This document shows positions 29,813 to 40,284 of a stretch of 64,000 bases of DNA, piece by piece; position 1 is the stretch's first letter, and each line of letters starts with the position of its first letter. Source of the DNA: an uncultured cyanobacterium (lineage in GTDB: Bacteria > Cyanobacteriota > Cyanobacteriia > PCC-9006 > JAAUQQ01). Where the stretch lies: assembly GCA_963718615.1 (NCBI GenBank), contig OY970368.1:2496001-2560000 (forward strand), written 5' to 3'. Below the pieces are notes generated by a model, which was given only the letters and a program-made list of their open reading frames with translations, had not been told where the DNA came from and did no database searches. The translations under genes and the position numbers were made by a program.

Positions 29813-31696
29813 ATGGGACTTGTGCATCGATCGCTGATTTCACGGGGGACGGTAGCTTTGCTGCTGAGCATGGCTATCCTGCTAACGCTAGAGCCACCCA
29901 GTCAAGCCCAGGATTCCTTGCCGACGGGGGATGGGGTTTCGAGTCAAGACCAGGAAATTGTCAAACCGGAGGAGATTGACCCGAATGAGGCGATCGCCAA
30001 CGACCAGGACAAAGACAAAGATCCAGACCAAACTCCAGCCCCCCCGATTCCGACCTTGGGCGATCGCTGCGCCGCCGACACCCCCGATCTAGCCACGGAT
30101 CCCACGTTACCTCCCGTGGAAGCGCCCGAGGTTACGACAGTAGACCCTAGCCAAGTAGACCCTAGCCAAACTAAAACCGCTAACACCGAAGCAGCGGCTG
30201 AAGATCCAGAGCCAGAGCCAGAGCCTGAACCCGATTCAGAACCCGCATCAGCTCCAGAACTTGATCCGAAGGAAGCCGAACGCATTGAGGCAGAGAAGGC
30301 CAGGGCCGCTGAGGAAAAAGCCCTCGTTTGCAAACTGCATGAGGGCGATCGCCTCTACCAATCCGGTCAAAAAGCCGAAGCGCGAGCCATTTACCAAGCG
30401 GCTAAACCCGCCTTTGATGCCGCTGTCACAGTGCCCGAAACACCAGAACGCCCCGCTCCCATTAAGGATCCACAAGCACTTTCCCCCGCTGGCCAAGTTT
30501 TTTTGCGCGAAGCGGCTGCGGGTCAAGAACAGCATCTAGAAACCCGGATTCTGGTGCCGCTCAGCCTTTTGGTCGAAAAGCATCCCGAATATATTCCTGG
30601 CCATGGGCAGTATGCCGAGGCCCTAGTGGCTGCTGGGGACAGTCCCAAAGCCCTCGCTGTTTTAGAAAATGCCACGCGTTTGTATCCCAACGAGGCCGCT
30701 CTAGTCAAAGCTCGGGTCCAGCTCGCCAGCCAGCAAGGGCACTGGATGGACGCTGCCATGATCGCCCGACAGTTTGCCCAGCTCAACGCCGATCATCCTG
30801 AAGCCCCAGCCCTGGCCGCCCTTGCGGACGAAAATCTTAAGCGCTATCAGGGGGATGTGCGCGATACCCTCACCGCCAACACCATCGCCAATGTGATTAC
30901 CGGAGCCGCCAGCTATGCCATCACCGGCAGCATTTGGAACTCCCTCGGCGCACTCCAAACCACCACCCTGATGCTGCGGGGCGAGAAAGGAGTCGGCAAT
31001 AGCATCAGCAAGTCGGTGCAACAGCAAATCCCCCTAGTGGAGGATGAAGAGTTGGTCACCTATGTCAGTGAGCTGGGCCAGAAACTGGCGAAGGTCGCAG
31101 GGCGCAATGAGTTTGAGTACGAGTTTTTTGTGCTCCTAGACGAAAACCTCAATGCCTTTGCTTTGCCCGGTGGCAAGGTATTTGTGAATGTGGGAGCGAT
31201 CGCCCAAACCAGATCCGAAGCCGAGCTGGCCGGACTCCTCAGCCATGAACTCTCCCATGCCGTCCTCTCCCACGGATTTCAGCTCGTCAGCAACGGCAGC
31301 CTGCTCTCCGATGTCAGTCGGTTTATTCCCTACGGCGGTCTGGCTTCAAACCTCGTTGTCCTCAACTATAGCCGCGACATGGAGCGCCAAGCCGACGAGC
31401 TCGGCACCCAAATTCTAGTTTCAGCGGGCTATCCGTCAGATGGTTTGCGCAATTTGATGGAGACCCTAGGGGAAGAGGAAAAGGAACGCCCCCTCTTTGC
31501 TTGGCTTTCGACCCACCCGGAAACCGATGAGCGGGTCCACAACATCGAGCGTCAAATTCAGGCCGAAGGTTTCGATCGCTACGGCTTCGAGGGGGTAGAA
31601 CGCCACGATCGCATGCGCGAGAAGGCTCGTCGATTAATCGAAGTAGCCAAGAAAAAAGCAGAGGAAGAACAGAAAAATCGGCCCTGGTGGCGCTAG
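29813..31696 (+). CDS. M48 metalloprotease with TPR region and acidic low-complexity N-terminus
   Basis: Signal peptide, NAFALPGG, HELSH, E..AD, STHP. Confidence 0.9.
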   Translation: MGLVHRSLISRGTVALLLSMAILLTLEPPSQAQDSLPTGDGVSSQDQEIVKPEEIDPNEAIANDQDKDKDPDQTPAPPIPTLGDRCAADTPDLATDPTLPPVEAPEVTTVDPSQVDPSQTKTANTEAAAEDPEPEPEPEPDSEPASAPELDPKEAERIEAEKARAAEEKALVCKLHEGDRLYQSGQKAEARAIYQAAKPAFDAAVTVPETPERPAPIKDPQALSPAGQVFLREAAAGQEQHLETRILVPLSLLVEKHPEYIPGHGQYAEALVAAGDSPKALAVLENATRLYPNEAALVKARVQLASQQGHWMDAAMIARQFAQLNADHPEAPALAALADENLKRYQGDVRDTLTANTIANVITGAASYAITGSIWNSLGALQTTTLMLRGEKGVGNSISKSVQQQIPLVEDEELVTYVSELGQKLAKVAGRNEFEYEFFVLLDENLNAFALPGGKVFVNVGAIAQTRSEAELAGLLSHELSHAVLSHGFQLVSNGSLLSDVSRFIPYGGLASNLVVLNYSRDMERQADELGTQILVSAGYPSDGLRNLMETLGEEEKERPLFAWLSTHPETDERVHNIERQIQAEGFDRYGFEGVERHDRMREKARRLIEVAKKKAEEEQKNRPWWR

Positions 31697-31809
31697 TAGG
31701 CGCTCGCTTCGCTGAATACTTTACTATTCCTTTAACGTAACTTAACGCAATAGTTGCGGAGTGACCTTGGTCACTTTGAAAGAGGAATATAAGTGTTTTC
31801 ACTGCAGGC

Positions 31810-32523
31810 ATGAAAACTCAATCTGTCGATCTTCTAGAGTCCGCTAAACGGGGTAACCTTGACGCCCTCAAAACGCTCATTAGTCGCCCTCTCGCTCACA
31901 AAGACATTACGGTTAGCGTCACGGTGATGAATCACTGCTTGACGGTGACCGCCGAAGCTCCCGATACTGCCCCTGATCAGGATTTTTTTGTCAATTTTCT
32001 GAAACAAGGGATGAGCAGTCTCCAACCCTCGGGCATTGAGTCCGTCGCAGTTCGGGGAAAGGTGCGGGATCTGTATCCGATTGTCTGGCGCGATCGCTTT
32101 TCGATTCAGCCCAAACGGGTTGTCAATCTTTACGAAGGCTCTGAACGACCGCCCTTTGAGGTCGCGCCTAGCGAACGGAGCCCCGCTCCGCCGCCCCAGA
32201 GATCCTCCCGAGCCAAAACGACCCCGATCCCCCATCTCCGGAGTTTTCTCTGGGCTAGCTCCTTTCTCTTGGGTGCGCTGCTGAGTGCCACCATTTTGGG
32301 CTGGTTTATGCCACAACGGCTGGGACGAACGGAGTGGGAGTACCGCATCGTTAGCGTCACGGACAGTGACTTTAGCGCTGCCATGACCACCCTGGGCAAG
32401 GATGGCTGGGAAATGGCCTATGCCCGACGGGCGGTTGCCACGGGAGTTGCCGGAGACAAAGAAAATGCAGAATATAGCCTATATGAGGTGATTTTCAAGC
32501 GTCCGAAGTCAATTTTCGATTAG
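31810..32523 (+). CDS. Hypothetical membrane protein (C-terminal DUF4177-like)
   Basis: One TM helix; WEYRIV...LGKDGWEM...IFKRP. Confidence 0.65.
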   Translation: MKTQSVDLLESAKRGNLDALKTLISRPLAHKDITVSVTVMNHCLTVTAEAPDTAPDQDFFVNFLKQGMSSLQPSGIESVAVRGKVRDLYPIVWRDRFSIQPKRVVNLYEGSERPPFEVAPSERSPAPPPQRSSRAKTTPIPHLRSFLWASSFLLGALLSATILGWFMPQRLGRTEWEYRIVSVTDSDFSAAMTTLGKDGWEMAYARRAVATGVAGDKENAEYSLYEVIFKRPKSIFD

Positions 32524-32714
32524 CGAGTGCTCTTGAACGCTTGAGTTGCTTGAGTGACTTGAGTTGCTTTTACTTGATAAAGGCGATCGCACCGACTTCA
32601 CCTATCGATATAGAAAAGAAAACAAATGAAAATTTTTACAAACTTGCTTTTGTATTGTTTGTATTGGGGATCACGGGTCATGAATAATAACGCTAAAGCT
32701 TTCAATTTGTGTTT

Positions 32715-32846
32715 ATGACTACTAAACCTTCGATCGCCGATGCTACGGACTGGAACTCGCTACCCGGTTGGGCCAGGGCATTTGCCACAGCTTTTGTGGG
32801 CGTTATCGGCCTAGGGATTCTTCTCACGATGATGAACCTCGGCTAG
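32715..32846 (+). CDS. 43-aa single-TM microprotein (not in ORF track)
   Basis: MTTKPSIADATDWNSLPGWARAFATAFVGVIGLGILLTMMNLG; AT-rich upstream region and terminator downstream. Confidence 0.5.
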   Translation: MTTKPSIADATDWNSLPGWARAFATAFVGVIGLGILLTMMNLG

Positions 32847-32874
32847 GCAACAAGAGAGACAGCAACAGAACACA

Positions 32875-32908
32875 AGACCCCACGAAATCATTCGTAGGGT
32901 CTTTTTTT
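32875..32908 (+). terminator. Intrinsic terminator
   Basis: AAGACCC.ACGAA-ATCA-TTCGT.GGGTCTT followed by T run. Confidence 0.7.
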
Positions 32909-32952
32909 CGGGATCTTTTCCTAAGGTCTAGGTCTAAGGCCTAGGGAAAGCT

Positions 32953-34746
32953 CTAGCGCTTACCGGCCACCTTTTTTTTCGCCATTTTACGAAGACGAAT
33001 CGATTCCGGCGTCACTTCTAGCAGCTCATCGGGACCAATATACTCCAGCGCCCGCTCTAGGCTCATGTCAAGGGGCGACTGTAACTGCACCAATTCGTCA
33101 CCGCCCGCAGCACGGTGGTTGGTGAGCTGCTTGGCCTTGCAGATGTTCAGCTCCAGATCCTGAGGACGGTTGTGCTCGCCGATGATCATGCCTCTGTAGA
33201 CCTTCGTCCCTGGCGTGATAAAGAACAGACCCCGGTCCTCTGAGTTTTTGAGAGAATAGAACGTTGCCACGCCCTCCTCAAAGGAAATCAGCACCCCGTT
33301 GCGGCGCATTTCCAAATCGCCACAGAGACCCCGGTAGTCCAGGAAACTGTGGTTCATGATGCCGTCGCCCCGAGTAGCGCGCATAAACTCACCCCGGAAA
33401 CCAATCAGCCCCCGAGCGGGAACGATGAATTCCAACTGAGCACGACCGCCATTGACCTGCATGTCTTGCATTTCGGCACGACGTTGACCAAGACGCTCAA
33501 TACAGCCACCCATGGCTTCTTCGGGTACATCTAGAACCAAGAGTTCATAAGGTTCGCAAGGTTGACCATTGACCTCGCGGTAAATGACCTGAGGCTGGGA
33601 CACCTGGAACTCATAGCCTTCCCGACGCATATTTTCGATCAGGATCCCGAGGTGCAATTCACCACGACCGGACACCTGGAACTGATCCGGAGTTTCGCCC
33701 TGTTCAACTCGGAGCGCCACGTTGGTTTCGAGTTCGCGGAAGAGGCGATCGCGCAATTGCCGCGAGGTTACAAACTTACCCTCACGACCCGCAAAGGGTG
33801 AATCATTCACGCAGAACGTCATCTGTAACGTCGGTTCATCCACTTTGATCAGGGGCAACGCCTGTGGTTCATTAGGGCAGGTGACAGTTTCCCCAATGTT
33901 GGCATCGGCAAAGCCCGCAACAGCCACTAGGTTTCCGGCGGTGGACTCTTCAATCTCGATCCGCTTCAGCCCTTCAAACCCAAGCAGCTTGGTAATCCGG
34001 CTTTTGACAATACTGCCATCTTCTTTGATCAGTGCGGCCTGCTGGCCAGCCTGGATCCGACCATTGTGAATCCGGCCAATGACAATCCGACCTAAGTATT
34101 CGGAATAGTCCAGCGTTGTCACTTGAAGCTGCAAGGGCTTCTCGGGGTCGCCGACCGGGGGCGGCACATGGCGCAGAATTGCCTCAAACATCGGCTGCAT
34201 GTTGTCGGACTCATCCGCCAAGTCTGCCCTGGCAAAACCGGCTAAGCCCGATGCAAACAGATAGGGAAACTCGCACTGGTCGTCGTCTGCACCCAGTTCG
34301 ATAAACAGGTCGAGGACCTTGTCCACAGCGGTCATGGGTTCGGCACGCTCACGGTCAATTTTATTGACCACCACAATCGGACGCAAACCCTTCTCCAGAG
34401 CCTTCTTAAGCACAAACCGGGTCTGGGGCATGGGACCTTCATTGGCATCCACAATTAGGATGCAGCCATCTACCATACCCAGCACCCGCTCAACCTCGCC
34501 CCCAAAATCCGCGTGGCCTGGGGTATCGACAATATTGATCAGCGTGTCGTTGTAACGGACCGCTGTATTTTTCGACAGAATCGTAATGCCCCGCTCCCGC
34601 TCAATGTCGTTGGAGTCCATGACGCAATCCGGAATCTCTTCGCCTTCGCGGAACACTCCAGACTGTCTGAGTAGAGCATCGACCAGGGTCGTTTTGCCGT
34701 GGTCAACGTGGGCAATGATAGCGACGTTCCGAATGGGAAGAGACAT
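32953..34746 (-). CDS. typA: Translational GTPase TypA/BipA
   Basis: [55 protein letters not shown]. Confidence 0.97.
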   Translation of the reverse strand: MSLPIRNVAIIAHVDHGKTTLVDALLRQSGVFREGEEIPDCVMDSNDIERERGITILSKNTAVRYNDTLINIVDTPGHADFGGEVERVLGMVDGCILIVDANEGPMPQTRFVLKKALEKGLRPIVVVNKIDRERAEPMTAVDKVLDLFIELGADDDQCEFPYLFASGLAGFARADLADESDNMQPMFEAILRHVPPPVGDPEKPLQLQVTTLDYSEYLGRIVIGRIHNGRIQAGQQAALIKEDGSIVKSRITKLLGFEGLKRIEIEESTAGNLVAVAGFADANIGETVTCPNEPQALPLIKVDEPTLQMTFCVNDSPFAGREGKFVTSRQLRDRLFRELETNVALRVEQGETPDQFQVSGRGELHLGILIENMRREGYEFQVSQPQVIYREVNGQPCEPYELLVLDVPEEAMGGCIERLGQRRAEMQDMQVNGGRAQLEFIVPARGLIGFRGEFMRATRGDGIMNHSFLDYRGLCGDLEMRRNGVLISFEEGVATFYSLKNSEDRGLFFITPGTKVYRGMIIGEHNRPQDLELNICKAKQLTNHRAAGGDELVQLQSPLDMSLERALEYIGPDELLEVTPESIRLRKMAKKKVAGKR

Positions 34747-34814
34747 GAATTACAACCCCTACAAGCTGGGCTTAGAGAATAGACAGACTATTTTGTAACA
34801 AAATATTCACAATC

Positions 34815-35102
34815 TTAGCTCAAGGAACGGGCAATTGCTTCCTCAAGTTCGACTTGATCTAAGGTCGTGATGATAAATACTTCCTGGTAGCTTTTGCCCT
34901 GTCGGGCAATCAGCTTAAATCCCCCCCGAATCGGCACCGATATTTTGAGGCGAAGTTGCGGGCTACTGCTGCGAGCTCGACCAAGGACCGCCGGCGTGAT
35001 CGTCATGATGCCGGGGAATTCACACAATTTCTTGAGCTTTGGGATTAATCCCGGCAAATGAGTCGAATGATTCCAGACGAGACGTCCTTTGGGGATAGGC
35101 AT
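34815..35102 (-). CDS. DUF2103-like protein
   Basis: GRLVWNHSTH.PGLI, GFKLIARQG..QEVF. Confidence 0.75.
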   Translation of the reverse strand: MPIPKGRLVWNHSTHLPGLIPKLKKLCEFPGIMTITPAVLGRARSSSPQLRLKISVPIRGGFKLIARQGKSYQEVFIITTLDQVELEEAIARSLS

Positions 35103-35113
35103 GGGAGAAGTTC

Positions 35114-35458
35114 CTAGGATGCCTCTAGGGGAGCCATGGTCAAGCCTGCCCGACGGAGCTGCTGATGATATAGCTCAGCCTGTTCCTGGGGACCGACCCA
35201 AACGATCGCCATCCCTTCAAAGTGCACCTGGTTGGTTAGCTCCCAAGCACGATCGCTCGTCATCCCCGGAATATATTTCATTAGTGTTTGGGCCACATGT
35301 TGGAACGTGTTTTCATCGTCGTTGAGGACAATCACTTTGTAGTTGGGATAAGGCTTCCAATCGGTTTTGGAGGTCTTCTCCGGGGTTAGGGTTGGGGTAG
35401 TGGTGGTATTCGCAATCACAGGTCTAATCCTACGGAGTGGCGGAGTAGCTATTGCCAC
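35114..35458 (-). CDS. clpS: Clp protease adaptor ClpS
   Basis: YKVIVLNDDENTFQHV, VHFEGMAIVW, EQAELY. Confidence 0.93.
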   Translation of the reverse strand: MAIATPPLRRIRPVIANTTTTPTLTPEKTSKTDWKPYPNYKVIVLNDDENTFQHVAQTLMKYIPGMTSDRAWELTNQVHFEGMAIVWVGPQEQAELYHQQLRRAGLTMAPLEAS

Positions 35459-35593
35459 TTCAAATTTAATGATGCTTGAGGATCTATCACAATTATTAAT
35501 ATAGCGACCGGAATGCCCCAGATCGTGACCTATGATGAAGGTTAAGGAAGATAAACCTCATCAAACGATCACGTTTTAACAAGGAGTACGACT

Positions 35594-35692
35594 ATGTTGA
35601 CCCTCGGCTGGGCTGCACTGCTGGCGCTGTTTACATTCTCGATCGCCATGGTTGTTTGGGGCCGCAACGGTGACGGCAGCATCGGTTTTTAG
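35594..35692 (+). CDS. petN: Cytochrome b6f subunit PetN
   Basis: [32 protein letters not shown]; AAGGAG RBS upstream; too short for the ORF track. Confidence 0.93.
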   Translation: MLTLGWAALLALFTFSIAMVVWGRNGDGSIGF

Positions 35693-35764
35693 GTTGATTT
35701 TGGGCTCAATTTTGGGCTCGATTGGCACTATTGCCGCAGAAATCCACCGCAGAAATGAAAAATT

Positions 35765-35798
35765 AAGGGTGCGTTACGCCAGTGGCAGCGCACCTTTT
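35765..35798 (+). terminator. Terminator-like hairpin after petN
   Basis: AAGGGTGCG...CGCACCTTTT. Confidence 0.55.
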
Positions 35799-35832
35799 CA
35801 ATGGATAGCGACCCAGAAGAAAACTTTGACCT

Positions 35833-35988
35833 ATGGATGCTTTAGCTCCGACTGATTTTTCAGCCTCAACGATTCTGGCAACGGTTGCCCTCGGCTTGAT
35901 GGTGATCGTGTCTGTTGGGGTTTTGTATTTGACGGCCTATGAATGGCGCGATCGCCGTCGTCGTAAGCAAGATGACGTTAAGCGCTAG
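35833..35988 (+). CDS. 51-aa single-TM microprotein with basic tail
   Basis: MDALAPTDFSASTILATVALGLMVIVSVGVLYLTAYEWRDRRRRKQDDVKR; the YLT..EWRDRRR tail resembles a conserved cyanobacterial small protein (from recall). Confidence 0.7.
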   Translation: MDALAPTDFSASTILATVALGLMVIVSVGVLYLTAYEWRDRRRRKQDDVKR

Positions 35989-36091
35989 CGCTTACTCTCA
36001 CCCACTCGTAAAATTCGGACTAAAGTAGAGAGGGGTAGAAATCATCACTGCCCGATCTTACAGGTCCCAACCCAGCGGGTGGGAGGTAATC

Positions 36092-36268
36092 ATGAGACAG
36101 CGTCTTACCAGAATTTTAGTGTTAATTAGCCTTGTGGGTATGCCCGTAGGGGTGGCCCTAGGCAGTGAGCAGTTGGGAGATTTAGTGGGGATGCCAACGT
36201 TGGCGCTTTTGACCGTGCCTGGGGTAGCGGCCCTGGCCCTAGAGCAGCGCCGCCATCAAAAAGCCTAG
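36092..36268 (+). CDS. 58-aa two-TM microprotein
   Basis: GGAGG RBS 5 nt before ATG; MRQRLTRILVLISLVGMPVGVALGSEQLGDLVGMPTLALLTVPGVAALALEQRRHQKA. Confidence 0.55.
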   Translation: MRQRLTRILVLISLVGMPVGVALGSEQLGDLVGMPTLALLTVPGVAALALEQRRHQKA

Positions 36269-36445
36269 GGATCACCTATGTTTGTGATATCCCTGAGTTC
36301 TCTGGCGTGAAGATCCACGAAAAAGCATTTCAATTCGACCCTGCGTCAGTAATTCAACTTGAGCCGGTTGTAGGAGATCAGCAGCCAGCAATATTGCCCC
36401 AGGCAATTGCGCCGAGTACCATCCTGCTGTTGAAGGATTCCAACC

Positions 36446-36748
36446 ATGGCTCAAAGTTTTCTCACTTGCGGTTATTTGATTGGTTTGTTGAGTTTGCCCA
36501 CCGCGATCGCCTGGGGAGCAAGCACCGTACAGCTAGCCCCCGATCTTCCAGTGTCGTTGGCGACGAGGTTACATGAAATTCCTAGCCAGACTTCAGGCGG
36601 TACGCAACGGTTTGACTCAACAGTGGAGTCAACGATGGAGCCAACGGTGGAGCCAACGGTTGATCAAACCATTACTCAAAACATGGCTCAGTTGGGGGAT
36701 CGTGTTCTTGGGCGCGATCGCCCTGCTTCCCAGTCCGGCGATCGCTGA
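36446..36748 (+). CDS. Possible secreted small protein overlapping the SBP 5' end
   Basis: AAGGA upstream; signal-like FLTCGYLIGLLSLPTAIAWGA. Confidence 0.35.
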   Translation: MAQSFLTCGYLIGLLSLPTAIAWGASTVQLAPDLPVSLATRLHEIPSQTSGGTQRFDSTVESTMEPTVEPTVDQTITQNMAQLGDRVLGRDRPASQSGDR

Positions 36749-38001
36749 TTCCGTCCAGCTTTCTGTCTTGATGGGAGGCTATGCGATCCCCATTTGGCAG
36801 CCTGTTTTTGAGGCATTTACGGCCAGTCATCCGGATATTGAGATCAAGCTAATCGAAGGCCCCACCGCACCCAATCAGCTTGAGGACCTCTATGCGGCAT
36901 CGTTTTTGTTAGGGGATTCGCCCTACGATCTGGTTTATCTGGACATTACCTGGGTGGCAAAGTTTGCGGCGGCGGGTTGGTTGCGGGATCTAGATCCTTG
37001 GATTGAAGACCAGGGTAAACACCAGGGTAAACACCAGGGTAAATCAACCTCGACCCTTGATCCCCAGCAGTTTTTGGCAGGAGATTGGGCGGGAAGCCTC
37101 TATAAAGGCCATCCCTACCGCATTCCGGCAGAACGTTCGGGGGCGAGTTTGTTGTATTACCGACAGGATTTGCTAGCGGCGGCGGGACTAGAGCCCCCTC
37201 AAACACCGGCGGACTTGGTGGCGATCGCCCAGCAGCTTCAGAGGGATCAGCAGGTGCGCTGGGGCTATTTGTTTCAGGGCAAACAGTACGAAGGCACCGC
37301 TGCCATGTTTACTGAGCTACTGGCGGGGTTTGGCGGGTTTTGGGTCGATCCTCAAACCCATGCGGTGGGGCTGGATCAGCCAGAAGGCGATCGCCACGGT
37401 TCAATGGCTGCGCCGTCTGATCGATTTTGGGATCACGCCCACGGGGGTCACGACCTACGAAGAGGAAGAAACCCGACGGATTTTTCAGGCCGGAGATGCG
37501 GTGTTTATGCGCAACTGGCCCTATGTTTGGCCCTTGGCTAACGGGGAGACTTCGCCGATGCGTGGCAAGGTTGGGATCGCGCCCATGGTGCATGGACTGG
37601 GGCAGCAAAGCCATGCTTGTCAGGGGGGATGGGGATGGGGGATCGCCCAAACAGCGGCCCATGTTGAGGCTGCTCAAACGGCGATCGCCTACTTCTCCAG
37701 CCCTGACGTGCACCGACAACTAACGCTCCAGTCTGGCTATTTGCCAACGCGGCGATCCCTCTATCGAGATCCTGAAATTCAGGCGAAGTATCCTCACTTT
37801 GCTCAGATGGAAAAAATTTTGGCCACGGCGACCCTACGACCGGCGATCGCCCAATACGACCAAGCCTCCGATATTTTGCAGCGGTATCTCAGTGCAGCCC
37901 TTGCGGGTCAGCTGACCCCAACCCGAGCAATGAAGCAGGCGGCTCAGGAAACCCGGCAGTTACTGGGGCGGACAAATCCATTGGGACTCATTCATAACTG
38001 A
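36573..38001 (+). pseudogene. Sugar ABC transporter substrate-binding protein with a +1 frameshift near 37386
   Basis: SBP motifs in two frames (DLVYLDITWVAKFAAAGWL, LYYRQDLL; then FQAGDAVFMRNWPY, GGWGWGI); CCAGAAGGCGATCGCC would read PEAIA without one G. Confidence 0.8.
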
Positions 38002-38184
38002 AGGTTACGGGCATTTTTGAGGGCTGTTTGAGGGCATGGAAGGCTGCAAATATTAGCAAATATTGAGAAGGGAGCAAATTCGGACAAAGGGTGTAGGATT
38101 AGGGCAATTTTTGACTGCGATATTTGACATAAATAGCCGCAGACGTAATACCCGCAGACGTGATAGCCGCATACCTGGAGAGCC

Positions 38185-39090
38185 ATGGGGTCGATGACTG
38201 GGAGAATTGCTCAAACCTTACCGCCAACTTGCTTGTTAACCCTGAAATTGCTAACGCTGATGATTTGGGGGGCGATCGCCACTTCTCCGGGATTAGCCCA
38301 GGTGGAGCCAACCGCCACAGCTCAGCAATGGTTAGTTCAGGGCATTGGTTTAACCCAAGATAAGCGCACGGATGCGGCGATCCTAGCGTTTCGCAATGCG
38401 GTGCAAATTGATCCCCGGCTAGCACCGGCCCATTACAACCTAGGGTTGGCCTACCGAGAGCAAAACCAGCTGCAAGCGGCGGTGAATTCCTTCTATGGAG
38501 CAATTCTGGCGGACCCCAACCTGGGGCTGGCCTATGCCAATCTGGGGGCGGCGCTGCTCGAAGGCAAGAACTATTCTCAAGCGGAAGCCTTTCTGCGCGA
38601 AGGCTTGCGGGTGACGCCCAACCTGGGGCTTTTGCATTACAACCTGGGTCAGGTGCTGTGGGAAAGTAACCGTGCAACCGAAGCGCTTCCCTATTTTCAA
38701 CGGGCGGCGGAACTGGATCCCGAGGCGGCTCCCGTGGCCTATTATTTGGGACTCAGCTATCAGCAGCAGGGGGACGCTTCGCGGGCGCTAGAACAGTTTC
38801 GTCGGGCGATCGCCCTCAAACCCAATTACGCCGAAGCCCAGTATAGTGTCGGCTCAATTTTGCTCCAGCAAAAGGCTTGGGTTCCTGCCCTGGAATCCTT
38901 TACCAACGCCGCCGAAGCCAACCGCAGCTATGCCAATGCTTACTATGGGGCGGGATTAGCCTTTACTGCCTTGGGTAAAGACAAAGACGCACGCGAAATG
39001 CTGAGCCATGCTCGGGATCTGTTCCGAACCCAGCAGAATTCGGAATGGGCGGAGCGGACGGAGTCGCTGATGCGCCAGGTGGGGAACTAG
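38185..39090 (+). CDS. Secreted tetratricopeptide-repeat protein
   Basis: Signal peptide; repeated AHYNLG/AYANLG/AYYLG 34-aa units. Confidence 0.9.
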   Translation: MGSMTGRIAQTLPPTCLLTLKLLTLMIWGAIATSPGLAQVEPTATAQQWLVQGIGLTQDKRTDAAILAFRNAVQIDPRLAPAHYNLGLAYREQNQLQAAVNSFYGAILADPNLGLAYANLGAALLEGKNYSQAEAFLREGLRVTPNLGLLHYNLGQVLWESNRATEALPYFQRAAELDPEAAPVAYYLGLSYQQQGDASRALEQFRRAIALKPNYAEAQYSVGSILLQQKAWVPALESFTNAAEANRSYANAYYGAGLAFTALGKDKDAREMLSHARDLFRTQQNSEWAERTESLMRQVGN

Positions 39091-39141
39091 GCAGGGGGGC
39101 TAGGCAGGGAGGCTAGGCAGGGGGTCTAGGCAGGGGGCTAG
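39087..39141. repeat. Tandem ~13-bp repeat (CTAGGCAGGGGGG) between convergent stop codons
   Basis: CTAG at 39087, 39100, 39113, 39126, 39138. Confidence 0.85.
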
Positions 39142-40202
39142 GCGATCGCAATTTCCGGTGACAAATAAACCTCCTGAATCCAATGGAGCAGCTCAACCCC
39201 TTCCGCCATGGGCCGCTGAAAGGCTTTGCGGCCTGAGATCAACCCACAGCCCCCGGCTCGCTTATTAATCACGGCAGTCCGGATGGCATCGGCAAAGTCG
39301 CTTTTTCCAGAGGCCCCGCCGGAGTTGATCAGCCCCATTCGTCCTGCATAGCAGTTGAGAACTTGGTACCGGGTTAAGTCAATGGGATGGTCGGTGGCGA
39401 GATCTCGGTAAGCCCGTTCGTCAGTTTTGCCATAGGTCTTGCCCGTGGCTTGACTGACCGCTGGATACCCTCGGTTGAGCGTCGGCAATTTTTGCTTGAT
39501 GATATCCGCTTCGATCGTCACGCCCAGGTGATTGGCCTGCCCCGTCAGATCCGCAGCGGTGTGATAGTCCTGAGCCTGCCGATAAATCTCGTTCCGCAAA
39601 TAGCACCATAAAATCGTTGCCATCCCCAGCTCGTGGGCACGGGCAAAGGCGCGGCTAATTTCCTGAATTTGACGGCTAGATTCCGCCGAGCCAAAGTAAA
39701 TCGTCGCCCCTACAGCTACAGCCCCCAGATTCCAAGCCTGCTCGACCGAGGCAAACAGGATTTGGTCAAACTGGTTGGGGTAGGTTAGCAGTTCGTTGTG
39801 GTTAAGTTTGAGAATGAACGGAATCCGATGGGCGTAGCGACGGGATACCGCACCGAGAATGCCGAGGGTCGTCGCGACGCCGTTGCAGCCTCCGGCGATC
39901 GCCAATTTCACAATATTTTCCGGGTCAAAGTAAAGCGGGTTAGGAGCAAAACTCGCAGCGGCGGAATGCTCAATGCCTTGATCCACGGGCAAAATCGAGA
40001 GATAACCGGTATTCGCCAAGCGACCTGAGCCATAGAGCTGCTGCAAGCTGCGCAGGACCTGGGGAGAGCGATCGCTCGGGGCAAAAATTCGTTCCACCCA
40101 ATCCGGCCCCGGCAGATGCAGGATCTCTGCGGGCACCTGAGCGGCATACCCTAATAAATCATCGGCCTCTGTCCCGAGCCAATCGGCAATCGTCTTTGCC
40201 AT
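39138..40202 (-). CDS. fbaB: Class I fructose-bisphosphate aldolase (DhnA type)
   Basis: [53 protein letters not shown]. Confidence 0.95.
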   Translation of the reverse strand: MAKTIADWLGTEADDLLGYAAQVPAEILHLPGPDWVERIFAPSDRSPQVLRSLQQLYGSGRLANTGYLSILPVDQGIEHSAAASFAPNPLYFDPENIVKLAIAGGCNGVATTLGILGAVSRRYAHRIPFILKLNHNELLTYPNQFDQILFASVEQAWNLGAVAVGATIYFGSAESSRQIQEISRAFARAHELGMATILWCYLRNEIYRQAQDYHTAADLTGQANHLGVTIEADIIKQKLPTLNRGYPAVSQATGKTYGKTDERAYRDLATDHPIDLTRYQVLNCYAGRMGLINSGGASGKSDFADAIRTAVINKRAGGCGLISGRKAFQRPMAEGVELLHWIQEVYLSPEIAIA

Positions 40203-40284
40203 CGCAGCCAATCTCCCTGAAACGTTCTCACCTCTTCCAGTGTGCAGATCGCCCCAGGAAAACCGCTATATCGGAGGGCAGGAA

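Noticed and set aside
29640-39141. Short direct-repeat clusters as a possible CRISPR array
   Set aside because: Units are 9-15 bp and directly abutting, with no unique spacers, and there are no cas genes in the window
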